From the NCBI GenBank assembly GCA_030425645.1, contig JAUHZK010000002.1, forward strand, positions 192,487-256,486: a stretch of DNA of 64,000 bases. Reading direction: 5' to 3'. Positions within the stretch are counted from its first letter, which is position 1. Every line of letters starts with the position of its first letter. The notes under the pieces were generated by a model that did not search any database, was not told the DNA's origin, and worked only from the letters and a program-made list of their open reading frames with translations. The DNA comes from Gammaproteobacteria bacterium. GTDB lineage: Bacteria; Pseudomonadota; Gammaproteobacteria; JAPPPA01. Below are positions 56,301 through 61,230 of the stretch, in pieces. The position numbers and the translations under genes are program-made.

Positions 56301-59300
56301 TAACCCTGCACCAACAAACAGTGAGTTAGTTACTGGTAGATACACCGTCTGATTAGATATCCCGACTACCGGTGCTAACGCTTTGACTTCACTAAAGTCC
56401 AACGCGGCCTCAGCCATGCCCTCACCTTTGCAGTGTTGGCTCTGATAAGCGCTGCTTTGTTCCGCATCGTAGTTTGGATTTACTTCACAGGGTTCGCCGT
56501 TACCACCAGAAGAGGCATCAGCAATGGGGCCATTAAAGAACAAGGCCACACCACCAATATCTTCTAAAGAGTCCGTTACGCCCAGCACGTAGTCTGGGTG
56601 TGGAATGCGAGGGTCTTCATTAATCGAAACCGGATGTCCACTAAACTGCATCAAGTGGGCAACAACCTTATTCGGCGTTACTAAGCTATTAGCTTGCAGC
56701 AAGGTTCCCAGTACGTCGGTTTCGGCGTTAGGGTCGGTTTGTTGAGGTCGGCGATAGCGATTAAAGTCTGACATATCACCTTGAGAAACCGTCAGCTCAA
56801 CAGGCTCTAGCGCCTCTACCGCGGCAGCAACGGCAGCGGCTGCCTGCGTCACCAATACATTTTCGATCCAATCCTGCGGCACGCCGCCCCACAAGCCCTG
56901 CAAGTCAGCCCCTGCATGAGTATGCGTTTGTCCAAACACGATATGGCTAGATGGGATGCCGGCTGCATCAGTAATAGCGTTGCGCACTTTCTGCTGGATG
57001 ATATTGCCGGCACCGACGGCATCTAGTGTGACAAAGGCGACTTTTTCCTCATCGCCCGCACTGCCAGGATTAGCAACCACCATCGCGCGCACCCAAGTTT
57101 GCTCAACACAATCTGTTGCCGCACTAAAGGTAGAGGCGTCGTACTCACTTTGATCGGCCAACAGACAAGGTTGCTCTGCAGGTTGTGTCAGCTGGTCACC
57201 AAAACCACCGAATGGGTCAGGGAAATTCTGGGTGGGATCAATACCGAAGCCGCCCAAATTGAACTTTTGTAGATGTCTTGCCCCAGCAATGCGAGGCTCA
57301 GATACACCGGCGATGTGCGCCGCAGATGGGGTCACCGGCAAGCGGCTGGCACCAACTCGTACGGCGGCATCAGCCGTTTCGTCGTCAGTAATCGTCACCG
57401 TCGTCGTCAGCTCGGCAGACAAGGTCGCGTTGCCATCTGTCTGCCAGAGCTGCACGGTAAATTGTTCGGCGAATTCATTCAGCGCGTCGTCATTAATAGT
57501 TACCGTCAGCTCCGCGCCACGGTCACCTTCAGCAAACACCACACCTTCTAGCCATGTGTTCGGATCGCCGTTGGCCGCGGCATCTCCCGCTTCACCAAAG
57601 TCGACGCCAGCGCCCTCCGCTGTGCCTTGACGCAGAGCAATGGACACAACCGTCTCGGCCACGGCGGGCTTATCCAGCACTACGCTAATGCTAACCATGG
57701 CCGCACTTTCCAGTACCGTCACTTGATCGGCGGCCATCGCCGCCTTCGGCAACTGGCTCTGGCCGCAGCCGGCAATATTGTCGCCATCGTCCGCCGCGGT
57801 ACCTGGACAGTTGTCATCGCTATCATCGACACCATCGTTGTCATCGTCGGCGTCACAAGCATCGCCACCATCACTAGCGCCGTCAGTATTTGTTTGCTCA
57901 GCATTGGCTACTAGCGGGCAGTTGTCCGACTGGTCGTCAACACCATCATTGTCGTCATCGCCATCACAGGCGTTGCCGCCGTCATCAGCACCATCGGTGT
58001 TGCTTTGATCAGCATTCGGATCCAATGGGCAGTTATCTTCTTGATCGGCTACGGTGTCATTGTCGTCATCGGTATCACAGGCATTGCCTCCGTCGGCAGC
58101 GCCATCGGTGTTGGTCTGATCCGGATTACTCGTTAGTGGGCAATTGTCAGCACCGTCAGCAACACCGTCTTCATCGTCATCACTGTCGCAAGCATTACCA
58201 CCATCGGCTAAGCCGTCACTATTCAGTTGGCCGGGGTTAGCATTTACTGGACAGTTATCGTCACCATCAGCGATACCGTCTTCGTCGTCATCATTGTCAC
58301 AGGCGTCGCCACCATCAGTCAGGCCGTCAGTGTTCGACTGTTCGGCGTTATCTATTAATGGGCAGTTATCGTCCTCGTCGGCAACACCATCTTCATCATC
58401 ATCATTGTCGCAAGCGTCACCACCATCATTTAGCGCATCGGTGTTCGCTTGGTCTACGTTCGTTACCAAAGGGCAGTTATCTGAACCATCCGCAACACCA
58501 TCTTCGTCATCATCCTCATCACAGGCATCACCGCCATCATTGAGGCCGTCAGTGTTCGACTGTTCGGCGTTATCTACTAACGGGCAGTTATCGTCCTCGT
58601 CGGCAACACCGTCTTCATCATCATCATTGTCACAGGCGTCGCCACCATCATTTAGCGCATCGGTATTGGTTTGGTTCTCGTTCGTGACCAAGGGACAGTT
58701 ATCTGAACCATCTGCGACACCGTCTTCGTCATCATCCTCATCACAGGCATCACCGCCATCATTGAGGCCGTCAGTATTGGTTTGATCAGCATTAGCGACC
58801 GTTGGACAGTTGTCTTCTACATCAGCGATGCCATCCTCATCTGAGTCGGCAGCCGGCTCATTGTCGTTAATGGTCAACACCGCCCGGCTGGGATCTGCCA
58901 ACGACGTCTGGCCGTGTTCGTTTTCAATACGGGTCAGTGCAACGGCAAACACTTTATTGGCATTGCTAACCGTATTGCCACGAATGCGAAGCAAGAGCTG
59001 CTGCTGCATTACACCAGCCGGAAAATCTATCTGGCCATCGCTAACGGCATAGTAGTCAGCGCCGGCGATAGCTGGCTCATCCACGCCACTCGCAGTGACA
59101 GATTCGGTACTGTAAAAGACGCTAAAGCTACTCGCAGGGTCACCTTGACGCTGCACATTCAAATAAACAGGCTTGGCACCAAAATCACCCTCGTCCACCG
59201 TTACGTTATCGGTGGCTAGCAATACCTTCGCAACCGGCTCAACAGGTGCTAATGAATCGTCATCAAAGATCACTGCGGTGGCTTGATCGCGGATGAACTG

Positions 59301-60200
59301 CACGTCATCAGAGGATGACAAGCGCAGACTTAGAAACTCGCTGTTTTCTACCTCGTCATCATTGATAACGGCGAGCTCAATAGCCTCCTCAACAACACCT
59401 GCGGCGAAGGTTAACTGGCCATCGTTTGCAACAAAGTCACTTGCACTTGCCGTTTCGGCAACGAAGGCATAGTCCACCGTGACCGCCTCAAGCGTATTCC
59501 CCCTGCGCTGGACTAAGATTTTAATGCTCTGCTCGTCCTCATCAACAGCGGCATCGGCCACCGTAAACTCCGGACGCAAACCAGTTTCACAAGAACCATC
59601 TGGCTCGGTACCGTTTTCGATATCCTGTGAGGAACAGAGAATATGTTCGAGGGCCTCTTCTTGGCCAACCAAGCCAGGACGCCCCTGGCCCGTATGCTCT
59701 GCGAGCAACTCACTTAAGCCATTCTGGTTGTGAAATTCGTTCGCCGGCACATCAAACCGTAACGCGCTGAAGGCTTCACCCTTTGCTGCGTCAACCGTAG
59801 CTTGGCTGATCTGAATACCGTTCGTTGGGTCGCCATCAGCGTCCAGCGTTAACAGCAGACGACTCTTATTAATAGCCGCATTGGAAATGTTTGAGTCGCT
59901 GTCTAAGTCTTGCAGACGAACCACCGGGGCAGCAGGCGCGTCACCCAAGGGGATATCGCCAAGGCTAAACGCCACGTGATCACCATCAGTGTATTCAAAG
60001 GCCCCTGTTGACGAGGTTACAGCCCCGGTTCCTTGACCGTTTAAGACGTAACCAACATTTGCGACCGGGCTGTCGATTAGACGGCCAGTTTTCTGCTCGG
60101 TAGGATTATTATCTCCACTGCCACCAGCACCCCCGCCGCCACAGGCCACGAGAATAAGAGACAATGCTGCAAGCAGAACTGCACGTGTCAAAGCGCACAT
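41319..60200 (-). CDS. Giant (6293 aa) multi-hydrolase lipoprotein with Calx-beta and TSP3 repeats
   Basis: Uninterrupted 18.9-kb ORF, GGAG RBS, lipobox LVAC (Cys20), recognisable catalytic motifs along its whole length. Confidence 0.93.
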   Translation of the reverse strand: MCALTRAVLLAALSLILVACGGGGAGGSGDNNPTEQKTGRLIDSPVANVGYVLNGQGTGAVTSSTGAFEYTDGDHVAFSLGDIPLGDAPAAPVVRLQDLDSDSNISNAAINKSRLLLTLDADGDPTNGIQISQATVDAAKGEAFSALRFDVPANEFHNQNGLSELLAEHTGQGRPGLVGQEEALEHILCSSQDIENGTEPDGSCETGLRPEFTVADAAVDEDEQSIKILVQRRGNTLEAVTVDYAFVAETASASDFVANDGQLTFAAGVVEEAIELAVINDDEVENSEFLSLRLSSSDDVQFIRDQATAVIFDDDSLAPVEPVAKVLLATDNVTVDEGDFGAKPVYLNVQRQGDPASSFSVFYSTESVTASGVDEPAIAGADYYAVSDGQIDFPAGVMQQQLLLRIRGNTVSNANKVFAVALTRIENEHGQTSLADPSRAVLTINDNEPAADSDEDGIADVEDNCPTVANADQTNTDGLNDGGDACDEDDDEDGVADGSDNCPLVTNENQTNTDALNDGGDACDNDDDEDGVADEDDNCPLVDNAEQSNTDGLNDGGDACDEDDDEDGVADGSDNCPLVTNVDQANTDALNDGGDACDNDDDEDGVADEDDNCPLIDNAEQSNTDGLTDGGDACDNDDDEDGIADGDDNCPVNANPGQLNSDGLADGGNACDSDDDEDGVADGADNCPLTSNPDQTNTDGAADGGNACDTDDDNDTVADQEDNCPLDPNADQSNTDGADDGGNACDGDDDNDGVDDQSDNCPLVANAEQTNTDGASDGGDACDADDDNDGVDDSDDNCPGTAADDGDNIAGCGQSQLPKAAMAADQVTVLESAAMVSISVVLDKPAVAETVVSIALRQGTAEGAGVDFGEAGDAAANGDPNTWLEGVVFAEGDRGAELTVTINDDALNEFAEQFTVQLWQTDGNATLSAELTTTVTITDDETADAAVRVGASRLPVTPSAAHIAGVSEPRIAGARHLQKFNLGGFGIDPTQNFPDPFGGFGDQLTQPAEQPCLLADQSEYDASTFSAATDCVEQTWVRAMVVANPGSAGDEEKVAFVTLDAVGAGNIIQQKVRNAITDAAGIPSSHIVFGQTHTHAGADLQGLWGGVPQDWIENVLVTQAAAAVAAAVEALEPVELTVSQGDMSDFNRYRRPQQTDPNAETDVLGTLLQANSLVTPNKVVAHLMQFSGHPVSINEDPRIPHPDYVLGVTDSLEDIGGVALFFNGPIADASSGGNGEPCEVNPNYDAEQSSAYQSQHCKGEGMAEAALDFSEVKALAPVVGISNQTVYLPVTNSLFVGAGLLGAFNGYYDFTEAGQYTDQLPLLGEQAKYLPQLAPYAVTDVSRITIGGAENGLEIITIPGETTGTFGEWLRGLPSDNATTMLLGLTQNSFGYIIPEEEFRYLDASGDAGLIVPFTGYEEFVSLGPLTAPLLRLQGYLPLFGKSAASADALPEYLVACQDDPSSRDCLFSMAGFNIDYVQRSYAAQCREVGGPAEFCDLLDPETPLAEQCQALDLPEGVCAVFGDTGVVDPELPEVENASCEASELLEGGRSYHVVLPGRDGFANSFQVLEPLDSDDNTENGTGIDCSRIADGAHPLMLHGPGYSSSRSTSGFESYRRAGYTVISWDPNGFGAAGGSVRGMDPNYEGQHLLQILDWAEQNLDYLAWRDETPNGNGQFPFVERPAGASMTDEGSSVADGVNLVVGAQGGSYGGGYQLLTLSMDERKRLDAIIPDITWHDLRNALNPGDTVKTVWGAFLAAMGTATGSPSLLENPGTSPLEDGQDPFIQETVARAVADNTWPRQSLDWFAYRGGFGAWCKASGLPTMPYPEYSEDQVPMVVSQVNPVYGVPAKQDNGRLGFGRLVESENPAQHFNGLDVLITQGMIDTLFNFNEAWWNYQCLSAAGASVDVATHNGGHVLPYVQAPDNASNDSGSCSYSQKEWFDARLKAEAEVDPGEEEVCFALGDNSSITLNADEVLAPNANVENYTHREVAPLLPIPNGASGAAHASGNAAVSVSLGFVEGKGAVLAGIPRLSVTVASLNGANEAACDLSGMDNQIGCDSITLVGLGRKAAGAPNFSLIDDQLQPIRGLGDHTVELAGVAERLAVGDELALLLYAVHPQFASSASRDPSLPFVTINGSVDLPLYALVENSAGEFVVDVTIDPESALSGGDAGHPDDADEDGVRDENDNCPLVDNPDQANADGDAEGDACDNDDDDDGLDDGADNCPLVDNPDQANADGDDDGDVCDNDDDNDGVDDDIDQCPGTPEGETVGGDGCLFDQQASCATGNALEAGQGYEVIMPAAAGDGETFAFYVMEPENIDCDESYPVILNSHGFLSTKSTNRDSFSAYLDDFIVITIDERGFGNSSGSIRALDPDHEGQNLIALLDWVETNLDFAAFRDDSACRRDSANCVLTSAHLEGEGFAGSSRVDERTDAESGLNLVVGATGGSYGGAYQLLIANIDPKQRMDALVPDQTWHNLAFSFNPGDAVKSGWGLFMGAAGNAISYTGGNQGLDPFVIETLARAGATNEFPRESIEQFIYNSSAYWCPTDVTMPYNYRTWDIVDPNTTVSGLTVSPGTRNTERVVDAEGDDGLQPVDVLLAQGMRDNLFNFNEAWWNYQCFGARGGDVRLMTHQNGHILPLAAPDAAQPTSYGSPTGVVPGFQDSSGNGSSCNGDGLGGAQKAWLYSKLRGNNNFNSGLPAGENQVCISDSDKSWVLSGSELIANKGNPDADLAEATSFTISNDLPIPNGPVAQALVAKGPTVIELAEVDEEGLVLAGMPRLDISVNSVPVSQSSPAGNETFCEQADDLFGGVPTTRTGCDSIVYAGLGYNDGSGYWDLIDDQIIPIRGLGEHSIDMIGVSEVLAKTDAGAKLALLVYGYHPQHIITSSRDLTIPAVAISGTIRVPLYGETADGLVANAAAEKLTKLTAEEAADGGCTDTEAGFSPECAVVGSARNLLREVCGYQWIAPLCEAPELGLVDESPDYVGEEGDGDFMYMLGAVHEHSSYSDGDPNSIPADYFRAGRTGENGVQLDFMLSSEHSDNEKLPVTTSASCIGLVEDPSGWANAVASADLGGIVTLLKCEQLLSNDDYVKWAATLQQAQEGSDTEEVNGQINYTGFTAMRGFEWTNDYYNHLNVYLSTNVTNTKIDGSYLDMEQFWNWLKEDVDQGGGADALVTFNHPGGNPKLTPFDGGFPHTHAIAAAGAAIGRGANWNDLEYIDAQIDARVFGMEINGGDDIEWFVKGLQKGWHLSPVAAEDHHGTNWSSPGQHKTVVLTKGRSPKDYYAALANRRTMAVRGGSYTDRDAENGNRDLLRDLRFYINSGANNSDWMGSIVELSAREAVEFSINLSNAQAGDQVVLISGRSFDAEASDAEVTPLGAVAEGGSELSVSYTVSTSLSADEDWHFVVVCKKDADCGLTDAHQLVSAPIWLRSSGVLNDSDGDGLSDTEELLRGTDPNNADTDDDNVSDGQEVEDGSDPLQRDSDADGKEDDVDLCEDTTAGDVVNADGCAESQLDDDNDGISNADDVCPNTMEGVETTDAGCPVVEYAACAGGGQNLAGDQSYQVKLPTHDGYEVSFQVLEPVGVLCGDDGIGAHPLMLHGPGYSGSRSTSGFDGLRENGYTVISWDPRGFGETSGTVRVMDPEFEGQYLLQILDWAEQNLDYLSWRNEDPESVEYGEFVARPATAISEADGINLVVGAQGGSYGGGYQLLIATVDHKKRLDAIAPDITWHDLRNSLNPGDTVKSLWDVALIGVGEAVGHSSGGLPHEDGQDPFIKETLARGAALNEFPRQALDWFHYHGLGYWCDANGLSAMQYPEYTTDTVPMIDAVASYNVPDRVAGKPGIGDYLVPSQYKGELANSFDARSHFAGLDVLITQGMVDTLFNYNEAWWNYQCLLDAGADVSLYTHNGGHALPFAQAPDKPPMNSGGCDVDDDKWFDQRLKPLADGETVELLDDTCFALGTEGDTIALAESDVIASGASNKYTTRNVTPIAPVPSNGVSGQPHVSGNLPVPAPLGMILKPAVLAGLPSVDITISSLAGGNELLDACNATGMDNPVGCDSIVFVGLGRKTGALPNYGLIDDQVMPVRGLGQHTVDLVGIAERLEPGDELALLFYASHPQFFGSPSRDVTVPLVNVTGTVGLPLYTEDDQGAWVAVDNAVGVLTPQADSGDVGLPGASVAAICQVAPDDSRCPLAIVLERLSPDLAASCVDDLMAESCVLAGVFNEATARDPGLIACAENPDPSCLFGLQAPSADAPYDLNLAADAIAAEVMGCDMLDPSYCMYPFPSNHFTAPDNFTDTGKRVNFNIAAMPRNTAGKPIDPTEWNRNDGFSPGQMIQLVVPGVDLHVTDAHASSVPMLDRLQNNEDLPADSAVMVFEVTDSGLVRHPVFAELDANGTAFETCSLGNGAGEVFGLGGQDDAREFSQGFSQQCYDNGGAALPGQDPWANPGPALLIRPAKNFKDGATYIVALRDLRDSDLNVIEAPEAFKVFRDGESTNIPALNRRADDMSALLGQLLAANVPTSDLYLAWDLTVASTRNLAGRLLHMRDDALYALDTNGGENDCVSYDGSESADANCAAPRFTIDRVEDRGEGDSIPRRIYGRLFVPSYLTTPDSACDAPTDPLMVGFCDELRKVVATAEENGAPFSAEMAGGLDQLLTVAALPKVYGRLNYEPDHRGLWGDGLPDRLGRIAEQPVEFVCSIPQKAFTDGPARPNLYGHGLLGGKGEGTGGSAMNFARAENYMPCAIDWIGMSTGDIANVAAILTDVSHFPTLADRSQQGMVNWHYLARALRHNNGFASHPAFQKDGASLFDNSEVYYDGNSQGGIMGGTVLATSSDITRGTLGVFGMNYSTLLRRSVDFNGYGAVMYASYRNSLDQSLVLSMMQMLWDRAETNGYANHLQDASAFRDLGHDVPDHQALIHVAFGDHQVADISADVGARSMGGRIYSPDPSDSAKAVMDGRHNARDNAFWGLDPVAEGDSENSVLVYWDIGPKDSGFGGGTQPSEINNTPPFRGRDPHSDPRSTIRGYAQKAAFMSPDGHFINTCGSGPCFARDDYNGAVNNNTAPSVEMPQSFNVIAGEPVRLAAAVSDVNFDALVLTWSSGDVAPLRQPHGGSEVRFTAPSCEALVSGCGSTIRLALTADDGFDSTVAEIDLKVVAAGSAEGLQQSLINCMASQDPNVCAGALGQLTDISSCSPDESGVNCVYNLLYDLVGIDEAAELLQGLVAQCQALPLAPLCEAIRTSAASTGVFAVPDRLPLASEVVERGRLVPSSQPYNPQAVMVAGQSHYSDSGHVYYDYVYDAWGADDGTDARRLAVTLLAGSIYSRAERLDALSQALGQQFGAPEPAGVPDRFGDGNATADGRDMFRVEWSAVDADTLALAVEFTRLERAENANVLLLIDNAEGAADLSEYGLKTDRFDSAILLNGNILADPSEGAGGILRAELPLAELSNDGVVTVGLVSTNIDGSEFYNLAYRPNEPVAGMYNDRQQALALWEGNVDAFTASIDVNKLLNPVAESMEPSVGYHEKLFIAGANISQESLAEDNVFQRYGLYIPSNYDSSGNTAAPLTMWMHYRGGRVHSAAAWSPKIIHQLGEEQGNIIATPHGRGTSQWYVGQAHQDFWEVFADVAGTDLAKGHQGPDIPENPGLFNIDASRIYLSGYSMGGYGTWLMGGLYPDVFAAGYPVSGALTQGAWTGLGPDDEILCGGDFEVPSQGAGNPCFIGAGGQANAQLSYRLLENLRDVPMVIHHGTFDELVPITGVESMALRLTELGYRHDMQTFIGYEHYTQAIIDEWVDGAEYINKFRKDHAPRKVTYKVVPALVSALNSVSLDAKAGGQREQVNFGPNGAYWVNDLAVRNAPHGDTSVFGLIEAESFSIEGQHVLAVPRIVDGYVGGGIPWLSGPVFSLGGHSTPYIRQGLDWLEIGSLETSNGFSLTLTNLAAASIDLDHMQLDQSKEIIGTVISDGFSILSLEQLGDDAIVCVDGASPVDRTRFIVDAEHQVQIYPASSGVVCPGSNENELSDILFSQPLVVDVVEQRLDQDGDGRAEGMDIVIAGAGPVVDDNGVLQVPGAAVAWVSLGYGPSTSSSQGNACSVRLDNPANYTVSGEDITLHMDLAGCGVSQYGPSTWVHVSVDDNGEEGVNYLYATNPNGRVADPLLSVATPLVILEPINGNLDGAEKIDVVIQGAGPVTRGDGDLDLPPLGDATAWMTIGYGPSTGSSDGNSCNVELGADRTSYTANADTGSLTIHLDIAAHCPDDVVFGPSSWVHVAIDNGLDPVAGNYLYASNPAGWVPQ
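42200..44400 (-). other. Esterase / S9-like alpha/beta hydrolase module
   Basis: ID.SRIYLSGYSMGGYG, HGTFDELV, GYEH; boundaries approximate. Confidence 0.8.
45040..47400 (-). other. Lipase-like alpha/beta hydrolase module with N-terminal beta domain
   Basis: PFPSN.F, N..DGFSP, YGHGLLG, GNSQGG, GDHQV, DPH; boundaries approximate. Confidence 0.75.
47770..49520 (-). other. CocE/NonD (S15-like) serine hydrolase module 3
   Basis: HGPGY, WDPRGFG, GGSYGGG, QGMVDTLF, HNGGH; boundaries approximate. Confidence 0.85.
49915..51215 (-). other. PHP-family (CehA/McbA-like) metallohydrolase module
   Basis: HEHSSYSDG, SEH, GFEWT, H.N, FNHPG, AAEDHH, terminal SAPIW; boundaries approximate. Confidence 0.8.
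51480..53320 (-). other. CocE/NonD (S15-like) serine hydrolase module 2
   Basis: SHGF, DERGFG, GGSYGGA, QGMRDNLF, HQNGH; boundaries approximate. Confidence 0.85.
53770..55560 (-). other. CocE/NonD (S15-like) serine hydrolase module 1
   Basis: HGPGY, WDPNGFG, GGSYGGG, QGMIDTLF, HNGGH; boundaries approximate. Confidence 0.85.
55880..57365 (-). other. Neutral/alkaline ceramidase-like module of the giant protein
   Basis: VRAMVV, VTLD, QTHTHAG, SGHP, PGE, GYIIP, GYEE in family order; boundaries approximate. Confidence 0.75.
57780..58850 (-). repeat. Thrombospondin type-3-like Ca2+-binding repeat block (10 DNCP units, about 37-aa period)
   Basis: DxDxDG(V/I)xDxxDNCPxxxNxxQxNTDGxxDGG(D/N)AC repeated; smaller blocks at about 53380..53680 and 49580..49890. 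Confidence 0.92.
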
Positions 60201-60308
60201 AGCGACTCCACATTTTTGTAATTGGGTGTATTCACCGCATATTTATATGGAAGTGCTAATTGGCGACCTCCTCCTGAATCAGCGCAAGAAACCCTGACAC
60301 TAATCCCA

Positions 60309-60340
60309 TTAGGTATACCTAACTATCGTTAAGTCGTCAA
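60309..60340 (-). promoter_or_regulatory. Candidate promoter of the giant gene, overlapped by a perfect 14-bp palindrome
   Basis: Minus strand TTGACG-17 bp-TATACC; TTAGGTATACCTAA at 60309..60322. Confidence 0.55.
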
Positions 60341-60489
60341 TAATCTAGCCCAAAGTGCAAACATTATTCGACGGCGAAAAAGGCCCAAGATTTACCCGAC
60401 AAGATGGTGCCAGCCTTTGCGCGCAGCCGTTAGAATGCTGCCTAGAGCTATCGCCCCGTATCTGCCTGTTTTAGCTAAAAGGAATCTAC

Positions 60490-60972
60490 GTGTTTGTTTG
60501 GACCGAGGTATCGGAACCGCTTTCGCGCTTACTGTCGTTATATGGAATCGCCATTAGCCTCGTGAAGGCCGGAGAGGAAATACCGGGTAGTCATTGGGGT
60601 GATAGTGAAGCCGGCCTAATTGGCAACACCTTGTATCTGCGCACTGACACGCCGCTACATTCCGCCTTACATGAAGCCTGTCATTTCATCTGCATGGACG
60701 AGTCTCGGCGCGCCAATCTGCATACCGATGCCGGTGGTAGTTTTCACGAAGAAGATGCCGTTTGTTATCTGCAAATTCTGCTTACAGACTTTCTACCTGT
60801 GTGCACGCGATCAGAGCTTCAAAGAGACATGGACGACTGGGGCTACAGCTTCCGACTAGGGAGTGCAGAAGCTTGGTTCACCGAAGACGCTGACGATGCC
60901 CGCTCCTTTCTGCTACAGCATGGATTAATTAACGCCGACAACGTCGTTTGTATCGGCAAAAATAGAGATTGA
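60490..60972 (+). CDS. Hypothetical protein with HExxH motif
   Basis: IPGS.WG..EAG, SALHEACH, EEDAVCYLQ, DMD.WGYSFRLGS; AAGGA RBS before GTG. Confidence 0.8.
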   Translation: MFVWTEVSEPLSRLLSLYGIAISLVKAGEEIPGSHWGDSEAGLIGNTLYLRTDTPLHSALHEACHFICMDESRRANLHTDAGGSFHEEDAVCYLQILLTDFLPVCTRSELQRDMDDWGYSFRLGSAEAWFTEDADDARSFLLQHGLINADNVVCIGKNRD

Positions 60973-61029
60973 TTAATGTCAACAATAGCTATTTCGCTCG
61001 TTCACAACGCGAGTTAGCCCAATTCAAAG

Positions 61030-61230
61030 TTACCCACATTTCTTGTGGATAACTCAGTGGGTAACCACCGGTATAATCCGTGAAACCCGCGTGGAACCGT
61101 AACTTTATAAGATTGCATTTTTTTTACACAACAAAACATTAATCATATATATCAATGGCTTATGGAGAAGTCGTCTTTTAAGTACGAACGCCCACCCTAA
61201 GGTCTATAAAGTCCGCGTTGATGTGCATAA
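61030..61230. promoter_or_regulatory. DnaA-box cluster with Fis-like and IHF sites (DARS-like element)
   Basis: TTACCCACA-5 bp-TGTGGATAA-3 bp-AGTGGGTAA; GCATTTTTTTTACAC; TATCAATGGCTTA; distal TGTGCATAA. Confidence 0.75.

Noticed and set aside
57778-58785. Ser-rich and His/Arg-rich plus-strand ORFs (e.g. 58144..58785, 57890..58240)
   Set aside because: Antisense shadows of the Asp-rich TSP3 repeats; no independent coding signal
57780-58850. Periodic repeats as a possible CRISPR array
   Set aside because: In-frame, degenerate at third codon positions, period a multiple of 3; no unique spacers or cas genes
41319-60200. Giant ORF as NRPS/PKS, RTX/MARTX toxin or autotransporter
   Set aside because: No A/C/KS/carrier motifs, no GGxGxDxL repeats, no terminal barrel; lipobox and hydrolase motifs instead
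41208-60489. Giant gene as a recently acquired mobile island
   Set aside because: No flanking repeats or mobility genes, and no obvious compositional break by eye
61030-61230. oriC
   Set aside because: Few boxes, no evident AT-rich 13-mer unwinding repeats or GATC cluster, no dnaA/gidA neighbours; box geometry fits DARS better (GC-skew not computed)
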